A stretch of 64,000 nt of DNA, taken from NCBI GenBank assembly GCA_965369655.1, contig CBDUQR010000008.1, positions 12,343 to 76,342 of the forward strand. The letters run 5' to 3'. Source of the stretch: an uncultured bacterium (GTDB taxonomy: Bacteria; Zixibacteria; MSB-5A5; JAABVY01; JAHJOQ01). Positions 39,756-50,051 of this stretch are shown piece after piece. The notes beneath the pieces are model-generated. The model saw nothing but the letters and a program-made list of their open reading frames with translations, ran no database searches and had not been told where the DNA came from. Each line of letters begins with the position of its first letter. Within the stretch, counting starts at the first letter, position 1. Position numbers and translations under genes: made by a program.

Positions 39756-39759
39756 CCAA

Positions 39760-39800
39760 CCGGTAGCCCACCCAGAACGCAGTGCCGGGTGGGGTTGACC
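39760..39800. repeat. GTAG-type REP-like hairpin
   Basis: CCGGTAGCCCACCCAG..GGGTGGG; inverted copy at 63824-63860. Confidence 0.65.
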
Positions 39801-39811
39801 ACCAGACGACA

Positions 39812-41230
39812 TCACGTCTGCGCATCGACTGTCGAGCCTGTCGACTCTTTCTCCTTTAGCTTCATCGTGAAATGCCGCAGGTATTTCGCCTGGTATGTTA
39901 TCTCGAACCCGCGCAGTTTGTCTCTGTAATCATTTATTTTCCCGCAGACGCGTGCGACGAAATCGAGATGCGAATTCGTGTAGACCCGTCGCGGAATAGC
40001 CAACCGCACAAGCTCCAGCGGTGGGCTGGTCTCTTTTCCTGTGACAGGATCCTGTTGCGCAAACATCAACCCGCCGATCTCGACGCCTCGAATGCCTCCC
40101 TCGCGATACAGCGCAACAGTCAGCGTCTGCCCGGGATAATCGGATGGCGGTATGTGCGGAAACATCTGACCGGCATCGATAAAGACAGCATGCCCTCCGA
40201 CCGGCTGAATGATCGGCACGCCATTCTCGATCAAACGATCCCCGAGATATTTCACCTGCGCAATCCTGAATTCGAGATAGTCCGGTTCGAGCGCTTCGCG
40301 AATGCCTCGTGCGACAGCTTCGAGATCGCGTCCGGCAAGACCGCCGTATGTCCTGAATCCTTCGATCAGGATCAGCAGTCTGGTCATCTCCTCTTCGAGC
40401 GCATCATCGTTGCAGGCGATAAACCCGCCCATGTTCACGAGGCAATCCTTCTTGGCCGACATCACGCACCCGTCGGCATATGAAAACATCTCGCGGGCGA
40501 TCTCTATCGGCGACCTGTCACGGTAGCCATCCTCACGTTGCTTGATAAACCAGGCGTTCTCGGCAAAGCGCGCCGCATCGAAGAAAAACGGTATTCCATG
40601 CTTCCTGCAGACTTCGGAGGTCTTCCTGATATTCTCCATCGACACCGGCTGCCCGGCGGCGGTATTGTTCGTGATAGTCATCATCACAAGCGGGATACGG
40701 TCCTTTCCTTTCTCGATGATGAAATCCTCCAGCGCGGCAATATCCATATTGCCCTTGAATGGATCCATGCTTTTCGGATCCTTGCCTTCTTTCACGATCA
40801 GGTCGACAGGCTTTCCGCCCTTGTGCATCGTGTTGGCGCGAGTCGTATCAAAATGCGTGTTGTTCGGAACGAAATCACCCTTCTTGAGCATGGTAGAGAA
40901 CAGAATGTTCTCGGCAACACGCCCCTGATGCACAGGTATGATATATTTGAACCCGCAGATACCCTGTATCGACTCGACAAAATGGTGGTAGTTCTTGCAA
41001 CCGGCGTACGACTCGTCGCCCTTCATCATGCCCGCCCATTGGTCATCTGACATTGCCGACGTCCCGGAGTCTGTAAGCAAATCGATGAAGACATCTTCAG
41101 CGGCAATGTTGAAAATATTGAAGTGAGATTCCCGGATTATCTGTTCGCGCTCTGCGCTGGTCAGCTTCTTTATCGGCTCGACAACTTTTATTCGATACGG
41201 CTCTATCGGAAAGTCAAATTCGTTTTCCAT
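39812..41230 (-). CDS. tnaA: tryptophanase (beta-eliminating lyase; tyrosine phenol-lyase not excluded)
   Basis: EPYRIKVVE, IDLLTDSGT, HQGR, FDTTR, PLP-lysine MSAKKD, YGGLAGRD, RLAIPRRVYT, LRHFT. Confidence 0.88.
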   Translation of the reverse strand: MENEFDFPIEPYRIKVVEPIKKLTSAEREQIIRESHFNIFNIAAEDVFIDLLTDSGTSAMSDDQWAGMMKGDESYAGCKNYHHFVESIQGICGFKYIIPVHQGRVAENILFSTMLKKGDFVPNNTHFDTTRANTMHKGGKPVDLIVKEGKDPKSMDPFKGNMDIAALEDFIIEKGKDRIPLVMMTITNNTAAGQPVSMENIRKTSEVCRKHGIPFFFDAARFAENAWFIKQREDGYRDRSPIEIAREMFSYADGCVMSAKKDCLVNMGGFIACNDDALEEEMTRLLILIEGFRTYGGLAGRDLEAVARGIREALEPDYLEFRIAQVKYLGDRLIENGVPIIQPVGGHAVFIDAGQMFPHIPPSDYPGQTLTVALYREGGIRGVEIGGLMFAQQDPVTGKETSPPLELVRLAIPRRVYTNSHLDFVARVCGKINDYRDKLRGFEITYQAKYLRHFTMKLKEKESTGSTVDAQT

Positions 41231-41360
41231 GTCTCGATCTCCGACTTGGATGTTGTTGTTTGCAACGTCGATAAGATCGGGAGCGATTACGGAATGTCTT
41301 TGATTTTCTCCTCTACCATCCGCATTGTGCTAATCCTCAATTGCTGATCGATGTACATCC

Positions 41361-42365
41361 TTATGCCTTCTTCAGCTTGAAGCATGGTACGACATCACCG
41401 TAATGAATGTCACGATAATTACGAAGCTCCGGTTTGACAAATTCACTGACGTAAGACAGCCGATCCTCGGGCAGGATTTCGAGTTGCCTGAGCGCTTCGA
41501 TGACAGCGGGATAAAGGGCGCGCACATTCCCATCGGAGACCTTTGCCGCAAGCCCCCAGCCTCTCTTCGCGATCCCGACACATTCGACACCCTCGCCGCC
41601 GACTTTGCAGATGATTTCGCCCGGCAACGCCTGCATCAACGCCAGATCGAATCTGCCGTCGCCTGAAACCATGAACGGATCGGTCTGTATCGCAGTTACG
41701 ATCCGCTCGAAGACTTTTTCACGCCCTGAGACGCTTGTCCCGCCTGTGATGATATTCGCAAAAGCAACTGCCATATTTCTCAATGGCATGCCGAAGTTGG
41801 GCAACGAGCAGCCATCAATGCCGATCTTCACATCGTCTGGCTTCATCTCATAAATCTGACAGACAGCCTCGAACACCCGCTGCTGGACATCATACTCGAA
41901 TTCGAGATACCTTGCGGGATCACAGTTCATCTGCAGAGCAAGCGCAAGCTGACCGGAATGTTTGCCGGAACAGTTGTGCTGGAGAGGCGAAAAGGTCTCT
42001 TCCCGTCTCGGAAGGATATTCTTGATGCGATATTCGGATGGCGGATGAACACCGCATTTGAGATACGATTCATCGAGTCCGATCTTGTCAAGATTCTCCT
42101 TCGTTTGAGCAACGTGCCGCTCCGATCCGTTGTGCGACCCGCACATGATCGCCTGACCGGAGACAGAAAACCCGTAGTGATCGACAGCCCCGGATTCAAA
42201 GACCGGCACAGCCTGGATCGGTTTCGCCGATGAGCGTGTGAACGTGAACATCTCCGGATCACCGGCATAGTAGAGGACATTTCCTTTGTTGTCAGTGACA
42301 ACTATCGAGCCGTAATGAACCGACTCGATTCCATCACCACGCGTTGTATGAGCAAGCGGTTCCAT
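41361..42365 (-). CDS. L-asparaginase II (Rhizobium etli-type)
   Basis: ESVHYG, RSSAKPIQA, CGSHNG, HNCSGKH, DGCSLP, KVGGEG. Confidence 0.9.
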   Translation of the reverse strand: MEPLAHTTRGDGIESVHYGSIVVTDNKGNVLYYAGDPEMFTFTRSSAKPIQAVPVFESGAVDHYGFSVSGQAIMCGSHNGSERHVAQTKENLDKIGLDESYLKCGVHPPSEYRIKNILPRREETFSPLQHNCSGKHSGQLALALQMNCDPARYLEFEYDVQQRVFEAVCQIYEMKPDDVKIGIDGCSLPNFGMPLRNMAVAFANIITGGTSVSGREKVFERIVTAIQTDPFMVSGDGRFDLALMQALPGEIICKVGGEGVECVGIAKRGWGLAAKVSDGNVRALYPAVIEALRQLEILPEDRLSYVSEFVKPELRNYRDIHYGDVVPCFKLKKA

Positions 42366-42459
42366 AGCGACATAAAGTTAGCATATAAGCAGACAAAAGC
42401 AAGGCGATTCGAGTGGGGAATCTGAACCACGCGCCTGCGCGGCGGTGACGGTTTCTAAA

Positions 42460-42507
42460 GCAGGGCAAGCGCGCTCGCCTGTCCTGAGACTTGCGAAGGG
42501 CGTTTGA
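42460..42507. repeat. REP-like element with a nested TGTCCTGAG..GAAGG module
   Basis: GGGCAAGCGCGCTCG[CCTGTCCTGAGACTTGCGAAGGG]CGTTTGAC resembles the elements at 56542-56631. Confidence 0.55.
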
Positions 42508-42625
42508 CTGGTGAGCCACCAGTCAGGAGTTTCTCGAATGGCATATACACCTAACCAAATACTGATCTGATTTGTCAAGCAAGTATGAGCGAAGATAGAT
42601 TATTGTGAGCGTGATATGACAACAC

Positions 42626-42658
42626 AAAGCCCGCCTGCTATGAACGCAGGCGGGCTTT
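42626..42658 (-). terminator. intrinsic terminator (possibly bidirectional)
   Basis: AAAGCCCGCCTGC-TATGAAC-GCAGGCGGGCTTT, 30 bp after the stop of the 1294-aa gene. Confidence 0.8.
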
Positions 42659-42688
42659 ACTCGTGAGCAGGGTTTTGCTATGCGGCAA

Positions 42689-45600
42689 TCAGCATTCATC
42701 GCACGGCGCAGGACCGCCTGCGAAGATGTAATTGATCAGGTAGACGACGTCATCAATGTCAACATCGCCTGAGCAATTAGCATCTCCAGCTTCAATTGGG
42801 TTCGGAGCAGGGCCACCTGCGAAGATGTAGTATATCAGATAGACGACATCATCTATGTCAACTCCTCCGCTCGCATCGGCATCGCCGCATGTCCATGACA
42901 TCAGGAGCCTTGACATCGCATCTTCCACGTCTCCATCGTCGTCGAGGTCCCATCCGAGCATCAACTGATGAAGCTCGCCCGACTTCGGCTCGGTGAATTC
43001 GACTCCAACACTGATCACAGCCGAATCCCCAGGCGCGATTTCAAGTGAGTCCTCTACACCGGTGCCCGGCGGTAAGCCATTCAAGCTGACATACGGATCA
43101 GGGCTTCCGTCGGCCAACAGGGCCGTGAATTCGTAATGGAACATGGTTTCAGAGCCTGTGTTGGTAATCATGGCACCTATGTCTGAAGGGGAAGCCTTCG
43201 TATCATCAACCCATTTGCCGCACCATTCATCAGATCTTGTGATCTTTCCATATGCGCAGTACACGTCGACGCCGTTGCATTGGTCGACAACCACCAGTTT
43301 GTAACAGGCATACTGTCCTATTGGCAAGGGCGGTACGAGAGAATTACGGTCGATATCGAACTGTACCGTGATGGGCGAGCCGCCCGAGAAGTCCAGCGTA
43401 CCGCCGGCGGGAGCGAATTGCAGGCCGTCGGAATAGCACCAACCTCCCACTGGTTCCGGTACAAGGTACCATCGATAATCGTTGCAGGCTACAGGAGGCT
43501 TATTTACGGTGAAGCTCGTTTCCTTGATAAACTTATTCGCACAAAAAGTCACCGTGGGAAGATATGCAACAATATCGTAGGTGCAATGGACCGAGTCGCG
43601 ATGCGCGTTGCCGAAATTGACGTATTTTACGTATTGACTCTCCTGAAGATCCAGCTCGTGGTATCCGGCATTGGGAGTAGTCTGAAACCATTGGGTTGGG
43701 TCCCACGGAGACTCCGTCACCTCATAGACTCGGTAGACCCAAGGATATGGGAGAGGCTTCAGACATGTGAAGCTGTATGCACCTGAAGCGTCCGTATGGC
43801 GGGGTTCGAGACACAGAATTTCTCCGGTATTAGGGTTATACATCCGGAGGTCAATGAACCAGTCGAATAACCCTGGATCAGGGTAATTCTTTATGCCGTC
43901 GAGATTCAAGTCCTCGAACTTCCAACCGGAAATAGAACTTCGGCAATCAGCCCTCAACCACTCGCAGCAGCAGTTGTTGGTCTCGTCGTACTCCGGAATC
44001 GTGCCAACGCCAAAGCCATTGTCATCGACGCAAGCTTCTACCAACATCCAATCCAGACAATGTTGGGTCTCTATGAATTCGACGTCTTCTGTCTGTCCCA
44101 TCCCTAACGTTGTCGTTGTAAACGCGGTGCCCAGAAGGTCACCTGGATCGCAGTTATCTGGGGGAGTCCCACCGGGACAATGGTAGAAGGCGACCTCGAC
44201 TGGTGGATCTACCGGCACAGGTCCGTTGTTGACTACGGTGGCAGTGAAAATGGCGTTACCGTAACCGTCGCAGTCGGGATAATCCTGAGGACGCAACAGG
44301 TGGACACACAGGTCCGGTTGGAGAGTTGGATCCTCATGCCAGTACATCTGCTTCCGGAAGTTGTTGAAAGCTGGTGAGGTCGAGAGCCAGTTTGTAAGCC
44401 GGTTCTGGGGAATCTTGCCATCATCATTAACATTCGTAATGGAATAGGCATGCTGGTTCCAGATCTTGCGTGTATTCACCCAGCAGTTTTGCGCATCTCC
44501 GAAGACGCGTATCCCGCAATTAGTCACGCAGGAAGCCCCGACTTCGTTATTGGCGCAGACGATAATCTCGGCGTGCCCGTCAGCATTACAATCGGCGACG
44601 CTGATACCCTCCACACCTGTCCTGGAACTGTTCGGCGTTGTGTAGAGTGTTGAACCACCCTGGTCGTCAGCGTGATAGATTCGCAGGTAGCACTCATCAC
44701 TGTAGATCAATTCCGTGGCACCGTCATCGTTGAGATCGAACATTGTTGAGCTTGTTATCCTCGATGACCCGTCCTGGGTTGCGAAACTGCAAAGAATACC
44801 TCCATCACTTCCCTTAAGCACAAAATACTTATCACCTCCGGCGACTCCAATTTCAGGGTAAGGGGAAGCAGGCCAGCACTCCCCGATACATGGTGGACCC
44901 CCTCTGGTCTCGCCCGGAAGAACGGTCGTCCACAGAATATTCGCAAAATCAGGTGGTATTCCAGTATAGTCAACCAGATGCACTTTGCCTCCCGCCACGA
45001 CGATCACTTCACCATCGTCATCAAGGTCGAAGTTGCCAACGCCAGCCCACCCGGAGTCTATGTCGTCCACCAGTGACCACAACACAGAACCGTCAGCATT
45101 GTAAACCGTGCGACCATTGACCACTTCAAGATAATCATCATCCGCGACAACATCGGCTGCAAAGGATAGATACATCTGCTTAAATCCGGCGTCTTGATCA
45201 GCCCAGGACCTGTTCTCGCCCCAGAAGGCGCCAGGTACGCCGGTGAACAGCTGACCGTCAACGGAGTTCAGTACGACGTTGCCCACGATAATCTCTGGAG
45301 TTCCATCTTTGTTGATGTCGGCGATGGATATGCCGGAAAAGCGAATGCCTTGTGACGGTTGTGTGCTTGTCCACTCGATCCAAACTTCGTCCGGATCGTT
45401 CGGATCGTAAATACCGTCATTGTTAAAATCAAGGACATCTATGCGGAAAAGTCCCTGCCCGAGGGTTGCATAATCACCTCCTATTGGCGCTCCGCGCCGA
45501 GTTCCAATAATCTCCATTAGACCATCATTATCTATGTCAGCCACCGCCAGTTGGCTGTGTGCGTAGAACACATCGAGTGATGGCGGATAGGTGACAGTGG

Positions 45601-46573
45601 TCGGGTAACTGAAGACTGGGGATCCTCCATCTTGACCGCTGATGACTCTTAGCACACCGCTGGAATTGGCAGGACTCATTCCGGTTCCGTCGTCGCGATA
45701 CGAGATGAAGAATATTTCCGGGATACCGTCATTCTCAAGATCAGCGACAATTGGAGTCATCAGTACCTGTTCGTGATCGAGGAGGACGGTGGGGGGGGCG
45801 CCAGGGTCTGGCCAGACCAATTCCTGGACAGGGTTGATGCTCTCGCAAGGCTCAAATCCTAAGCCTGAGTCCGGATCGATCTCGCAGCATGTGTCAGGAA
45901 GGGGTGGCGCCACGTAGCAGACCTCGGCTGCTATCAGGAAGTTGATATCCGCGCCGTAGTGATCGAGCATGGTTTCCCATGTGCCAGTATAGTAGTGTGG
46001 GGAGCGCAAATCTCCACAAGAACCGTCGTCAGCAAGGATACCGTAGCAGTCATTTACCTGATCGACAGTAGTGTACCCGATATGGAAATCATCATTGAAA
46101 ATCAGCCCAGCTGACTCGACATCGAGGAACATACTGCCGGGGTAGTATACTATTTCTGCCGAAGGGACGTTGACAGTATGGACAAGGTCTCCGGGAAATC
46201 CGAAACCATCATCGTTCCAGATCATGACATCGATACCCATACCTGATATGTCACTGAATTCCTCAAAGTCGCTATAGAGCGTCATTTCGATATTCACCAG
46301 TGTACACGCTTCAGGATTATTTATAGGTCCGAACCGCATGGCAAATGGATCACCGTCCTCGTCACTTGGGATATAAGCATAGTAGTATATATCACATGCA
46401 TAATCCCACCAGATGCAACCCCTTTCACTCCGAAGTGTCTGCTCAGTCTGTTCAGACACCAGCTCTACATCTATTTCTTTCAGGGCGCCAAGCCCCTCGG
46501 TCGTTAAGCTCGTCACCGCCAGTACGACCAGCAGCAGAGCCAGCATTAAAGTAAAAACCTGGAAGCGTCTCAT
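42689..46573 (-). CDS. large secreted protein: FG-GAP propeller, CARDB-like, SdrD-B-like and C-terminal dockerin-like domain
   Basis: Signal peptide; ADIDNDG/ADINKDG repeats; WNQHAYSITNVNDDG; EYDETNN; ISGWKFEDLNLDG..NFGN; duplicated GDAxxSGxVDIDDVVYL. Confidence 0.88.
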   Translation of the reverse strand: MRRFQVFTLMLALLLVVLAVTSLTTEGLGALKEIDVELVSEQTEQTLRSERGCIWWDYACDIYYYAYIPSDEDGDPFAMRFGPINNPEACTLVNIEMTLYSDFEEFSDISGMGIDVMIWNDDGFGFPGDLVHTVNVPSAEIVYYPGSMFLDVESAGLIFNDDFHIGYTTVDQVNDCYGILADDGSCGDLRSPHYYTGTWETMLDHYGADINFLIAAEVCYVAPPLPDTCCEIDPDSGLGFEPCESINPVQELVWPDPGAPPTVLLDHEQVLMTPIVADLENDGIPEIFFISYRDDGTGMSPANSSGVLRVISGQDGGSPVFSYPTTVTYPPSLDVFYAHSQLAVADIDNDGLMEIIGTRRGAPIGGDYATLGQGLFRIDVLDFNNDGIYDPNDPDEVWIEWTSTQPSQGIRFSGISIADINKDGTPEIIVGNVVLNSVDGQLFTGVPGAFWGENRSWADQDAGFKQMYLSFAADVVADDDYLEVVNGRTVYNADGSVLWSLVDDIDSGWAGVGNFDLDDDGEVIVVAGGKVHLVDYTGIPPDFANILWTTVLPGETRGGPPCIGECWPASPYPEIGVAGGDKYFVLKGSDGGILCSFATQDGSSRITSSTMFDLNDDGATELIYSDECYLRIYHADDQGGSTLYTTPNSSRTGVEGISVADCNADGHAEIIVCANNEVGASCVTNCGIRVFGDAQNCWVNTRKIWNQHAYSITNVNDDGKIPQNRLTNWLSTSPAFNNFRKQMYWHEDPTLQPDLCVHLLRPQDYPDCDGYGNAIFTATVVNNGPVPVDPPVEVAFYHCPGGTPPDNCDPGDLLGTAFTTTTLGMGQTEDVEFIETQHCLDWMLVEACVDDNGFGVGTIPEYDETNNCCCEWLRADCRSSISGWKFEDLNLDGIKNYPDPGLFDWFIDLRMYNPNTGEILCLEPRHTDASGAYSFTCLKPLPYPWVYRVYEVTESPWDPTQWFQTTPNAGYHELDLQESQYVKYVNFGNAHRDSVHCTYDIVAYLPTVTFCANKFIKETSFTVNKPPVACNDYRWYLVPEPVGGWCYSDGLQFAPAGGTLDFSGGSPITVQFDIDRNSLVPPLPIGQYACYKLVVVDQCNGVDVYCAYGKITRSDEWCGKWVDDTKASPSDIGAMITNTGSETMFHYEFTALLADGSPDPYVSLNGLPPGTGVEDSLEIAPGDSAVISVGVEFTEPKSGELHQLMLGWDLDDDGDVEDAMSRLLMSWTCGDADASGGVDIDDVVYLIYYIFAGGPAPNPIEAGDANCSGDVDIDDVVYLINYIFAGGPAPCDEC

Positions 46574-46888
46574 CGCTTCACTCCTTTCCTGTTGGGTCCA
46601 TTCCTATGTCGTTACCGATTGGCATGCGCGGAATTGAGAGAAATGGTGCCGCGTGCCCGGGGATAGAATCCACACTTTCGCCGGCGTCACCTCCTCTCGC
46701 GCCATCAGCCAGATTTTGTCTATAGTTGCAGGCTCAAGGTGCAAATCGTATGCTGACGAGTTGTCTGAATCTATAAATATTTGTAGCGCTAATATAGATG
46801 ATGAAGTCCAAATGTCAAGGATTATCAAAATCCAAAAGGCCTCGATTGCTCAAGACCTCAATTCTGATTCACTTTATGCAGATGTTAA

Positions 46889-46939
46889 TCAATAGATATC
46901 AACCGGCGCAGGACCGCCGGAGAAGATGTATTGGATCAG
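46889..46939 (-). pseudogene. dockerin-like fragment (relic)
   Basis: A frame overlapping the stop of 46936-47457 reads LIQYIFSGGPAPVDIY*; the DNA closely matches 42704-42739. Confidence 0.6.
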
Positions 46940-47457
46940 TAAGGACAATCGGCGCACGGTACCGGACCGCCGCCGAATATGTAGTTGATAAGATACATCA
47001 CGTCGTCGATATCCACTGCATCGAGGCAGTTAACATTCCCCACGATCGGGTCCGGTGCCGGGCCACCACCGAAAATATAGTTGATGATAAACATGACATC
47101 ATCGATATCGACTCCACCGCTCTCATCGGCATCGCCGCATGGGTAACTCGGGCCGAAGTCCTGCCAGTAACCATGATGAATGCCGATATCCACTGTCGAG
47201 CCGCTTCCGACAGCGAATTGTCCCATCGTGCCGGAGAGAATGAACCCGGTCGTGGTCGTTCTGCGGCCACCGCCGGACAGGACCTCCCAGTTGATCTCCA
47301 GACTGTCTGAGGATGGTCGTTGCGGATGGTACTGCGGGGGCGAATTCTTCAGGTCGAAAAATACTGCTTTACCAGCAGGGTCTTTGCCGGATACGGGGGC
47401 TGCCTGCATCAGTACGAGCATTACCGCTACACACGTAAATGTCAATATCCTTAGCAT
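46936..47457 (-). CDS. small secreted protein with a C-terminal dockerin-like domain
   Basis: Signal peptide, WEVLSGGG..LSGTMGQ..GYWQ domain, CGDADESGGVDIDDV. Confidence 0.88.
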   Translation of the reverse strand: MLRILTFTCVAVMLVLMQAAPVSGKDPAGKAVFFDLKNSPPQYHPQRPSSDSLEINWEVLSGGGRRTTTTGFILSGTMGQFAVGSGSTVDIGIHHGYWQDFGPSYPCGDADESGGVDIDDVMFIINYIFGGGPAPDPIVGNVNCLDAVDIDDVMYLINYIFGGGPVPCADCPY

Positions 47458-47534
47458 CGCAATACCTCGCGGGATTTCCTAACTAATATACACAGAAATC
47501 CTGGTTTTTTCAATAGTTACTTAACTCTTCATTG

Positions 47535-47708
47535 GGGACTTGTTGAAGAACCCCTCATCGAGCAAAAGCCGGTGACGTCGTCATCGCGAGAAGCATTAGC
47601 GACGTGGCGATCTCCATTTAGTGCGAGATTGCCACGCTGCGCTCGCAATGACGGCACGCTGCAGTGGTTCTCGGCATCACTCATCAGGGACCTTTCTCGA
47701 CAAGTCTC
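47535..47708. mobile_element. MITE-like element with an internal RPE-like palindrome
   Basis: TIRs GGGACTTGTTGAAGAA / TTTCTCGACAAGTCTC (12/16); internal GTCATCGCGAG..GCGACGTGGCGATCTC..GAGATTGCCACGCTGCGCTCGCAATGAC. Confidence 0.55.
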
Positions 47709-48252
47709 TTATGAAGGCCAAATTTGATATGCTCCTATTTGGAATATCTACTCTCAATCGAGATATCGCGTAGATTGACACACGTCACATATATGTATTC
47801 ATCGGCCTTGCGAACCACAAACTCAAGGAATCTGATTCACGTTTCCTGAACAACGGACGCCACATACGCCAAACAAAAAGACGATGACTGTATAGGTGTG
47901 GCTGTGGTAGTCCTTGACATGTTGATGGGCGGCAGACGTTCCCTCTGCCTCAATCTGAGAGACGGATTTCTTCGCTTGTTGCGGAACACAGACCTGTATG
48001 CTGCGTGATGTAATAATCAATGGTAAAGTAGTAAACACGTGGAAATCATCCAGCCATAATGGCTATCTGGCGTATTGTCAACTATCCGCACCTCATTGTC
48101 GATATGTGAATAGAAGCTGATTGCATTGTGGGACAACAACGTAAGATTGCAGCTATTCAGGTATGTTTTTCATTGACGACCAATGGAGACAGCCATAGAT
48201 TCAGATGTCGCTCATTGACGAGTTGGTTCCTCAAGAGAAAACGAGGTTCAAT

Positions 48253-49431
48253 ATGTTACAAGAACTGAAAGTGGACAACTTCCTATCTTGGATAAACCTT
48301 AGTTTCAAACCGAGTTCAGAGAATCTGATTGTTGGCTTGAACAATACTGGCAAGACCAATCTCTGTAGAATCATGCAGTTTCTTTCGCTTACCGCGGCCC
48401 TCAACCTGAATGATTGCGCGTCGGCAATTGGAATACCTATTTTCAACTTTCAAAACTTCTCATTCAAGGAGGCTACCACTACTGATTTCTATGTTCGTGC
48501 CTCTATTCCATTCCGAGACGAAGAAGCTGTCTTTGAATACAATTTGACTATCAGTTCCAGAGAGCAAAGTTCGTCTCTGCCCATCCTGGAAGTCAGCAGT
48601 GAGGAACTTCGTGTATCTTGCGAGGGATTTACTGATGCAATTCTTCTCGAGAATAAGCTCTCGAAAGTCCGACTCCTGCATGAGGGTGAGGCGGAGCGCG
48701 GAAACATGAGGTATTTCGAGACCACAGCTCCACCTGAAATGACTATGCTCAACAGGCTTTATGACCCTCAGACCAACCCGCGGGCAAACTGCTTCAAAGA
48801 CTATCTGAGAATGTGGCAGTACTACAATCTGTCCGATGCCAACATGCGAAATCAGTTGTACGTACCCAATCAACAACTACTTAGTCCCGACGGAAGCAAT
48901 CTCTCCTCCGTCATCCACGATCTCAAGAAGGCTGACGAAAGAACATATCGACAGTTACTTGAAGCCATGAGGTCGATTGAGCCAAATTTCGATGTCATCA
49001 ATTTTTTCGGGGGAGGCGCCGAACGACAAATTTCCATGTATTTCGCGACTTCCGACCGCAAGAACATACCGGCGTGGACCGCTTCTGGGGGTACACTCCG
49101 CTATCTAGCTTTGGCTTACATACTGATTGCGCAGCCAGCTCTGCAAGTCAGACCACTGATGATTATTGAAGAACCTGAAAACGGCATATATGTTGGCTTG
49201 TTGAAAAATCTATTGAGGATGGCTGAATTGGCTCCTTCCAGGCCACAGATCATTTTCACTTCCCATTCCCCTTATGTAATTGACCTTTTTGAAAAACACT
49301 TGGATGGTATATTCGTTACTAAGAAGAAACAGCACAGTTCCAGCATTGGACCGATTGACAAAGACAAGATAGCCAAGAGACTTGAAGACTTCCCACTTGG
49401 TGAATTGCACTTCAGGGACATGCTGGCATGA
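48253..49431 (+). CDS. ABC-type (AAA_21-like) ATPase
   Basis: MLQELKVDNFLS start with SD GAGG; Walker A GLNNTGKT, signature ASGGT, Walker B IIEEPENG, H-loop TSHSP. Confidence 0.9.
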   Translation: MLQELKVDNFLSWINLSFKPSSENLIVGLNNTGKTNLCRIMQFLSLTAALNLNDCASAIGIPIFNFQNFSFKEATTTDFYVRASIPFRDEEAVFEYNLTISSREQSSSLPILEVSSEELRVSCEGFTDAILLENKLSKVRLLHEGEAERGNMRYFETTAPPEMTMLNRLYDPQTNPRANCFKDYLRMWQYYNLSDANMRNQLYVPNQQLLSPDGSNLSSVIHDLKKADERTYRQLLEAMRSIEPNFDVINFFGGGAERQISMYFATSDRKNIPAWTASGGTLRYLALAYILIAQPALQVRPLMIIEEPENGIYVGLLKNLLRMAELAPSRPQIIFTSHSPYVIDLFEKHLDGIFVTKKKQHSSSIGPIDKDKIAKRLEDFPLGELHFRDMLA

Positions 49432-50024
49432 AGATCGGATACTACGTCGAAGGTGATGCCGACAAAGCCTTTGTTGAAGGTGTGACGCAGAAATATTGTT
49501 CAGGAGCAACTCTTACTCAGGCGAAGTTCCGGGGACGCTCTATTACAAAACGCCTAAAAAAGGAACTGAGAAAAGCACTACTTGAATTGTCGGAGAAGCA
49601 TCAATGCGAGTACTTCGTAGTTCTTGTTGATGCTAACAATCAGAAATGGCGGGACGTAAAGAAGAACGAATGGGTGAAAGTCCCTGAGGAATTCGAGCAC
49701 ATGACGGTTTACGGAGTCGCGGAAAGAAATATTGAATGCTGGCTCGCAATCGATCGTGACAGTCTGGCGAAAGAACTGGACTGCTCCACCAATGAAATTC
49801 CGAAAGATGACCCCTCGGATTTCATTAAGAGCAAGTTCCGCGTGACAGAAAGCGGGCTTATCGATAAAGGAGAATCCGAGCGCATACGGAATTTCGTGGC
49901 CGCAGCAGACTTCCGCACTTGGATCAAACGCTCCGAGTCGTTTAAGGATTTCTGGAAACAGATATACGACAAGGGTAAGGATCACAACGACTGCATCCCC
50001 AACGAACAACAGAATCCAGACTGA
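49428..50024 (+). CDS. DUF4276-like TOPRIM-fold protein
   Basis: YYVEGDAD, VVLVDAN and NIECWLAID motifs; ATGA overlap with the ATPase. Confidence 0.75.
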   Translation: MKIGYYVEGDADKAFVEGVTQKYCSGATLTQAKFRGRSITKRLKKELRKALLELSEKHQCEYFVVLVDANNQKWRDVKKNEWVKVPEEFEHMTVYGVAERNIECWLAIDRDSLAKELDCSTNEIPKDDPSDFIKSKFRVTESGLIDKGESERIRNFVAAADFRTWIKRSESFKDFWKQIYDKGKDHNDCIPNEQQNPD

Positions 50025-50051
50025 TCAGTAACAGTAGTTTAAATACCGTTC

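Noticed and set aside
42378-42578. Riboswitch or small CDS upstream of asparaginase
   Set aside because: The structure is largely explained by a dispersed repeat family, and I recognise no riboswitch consensus.
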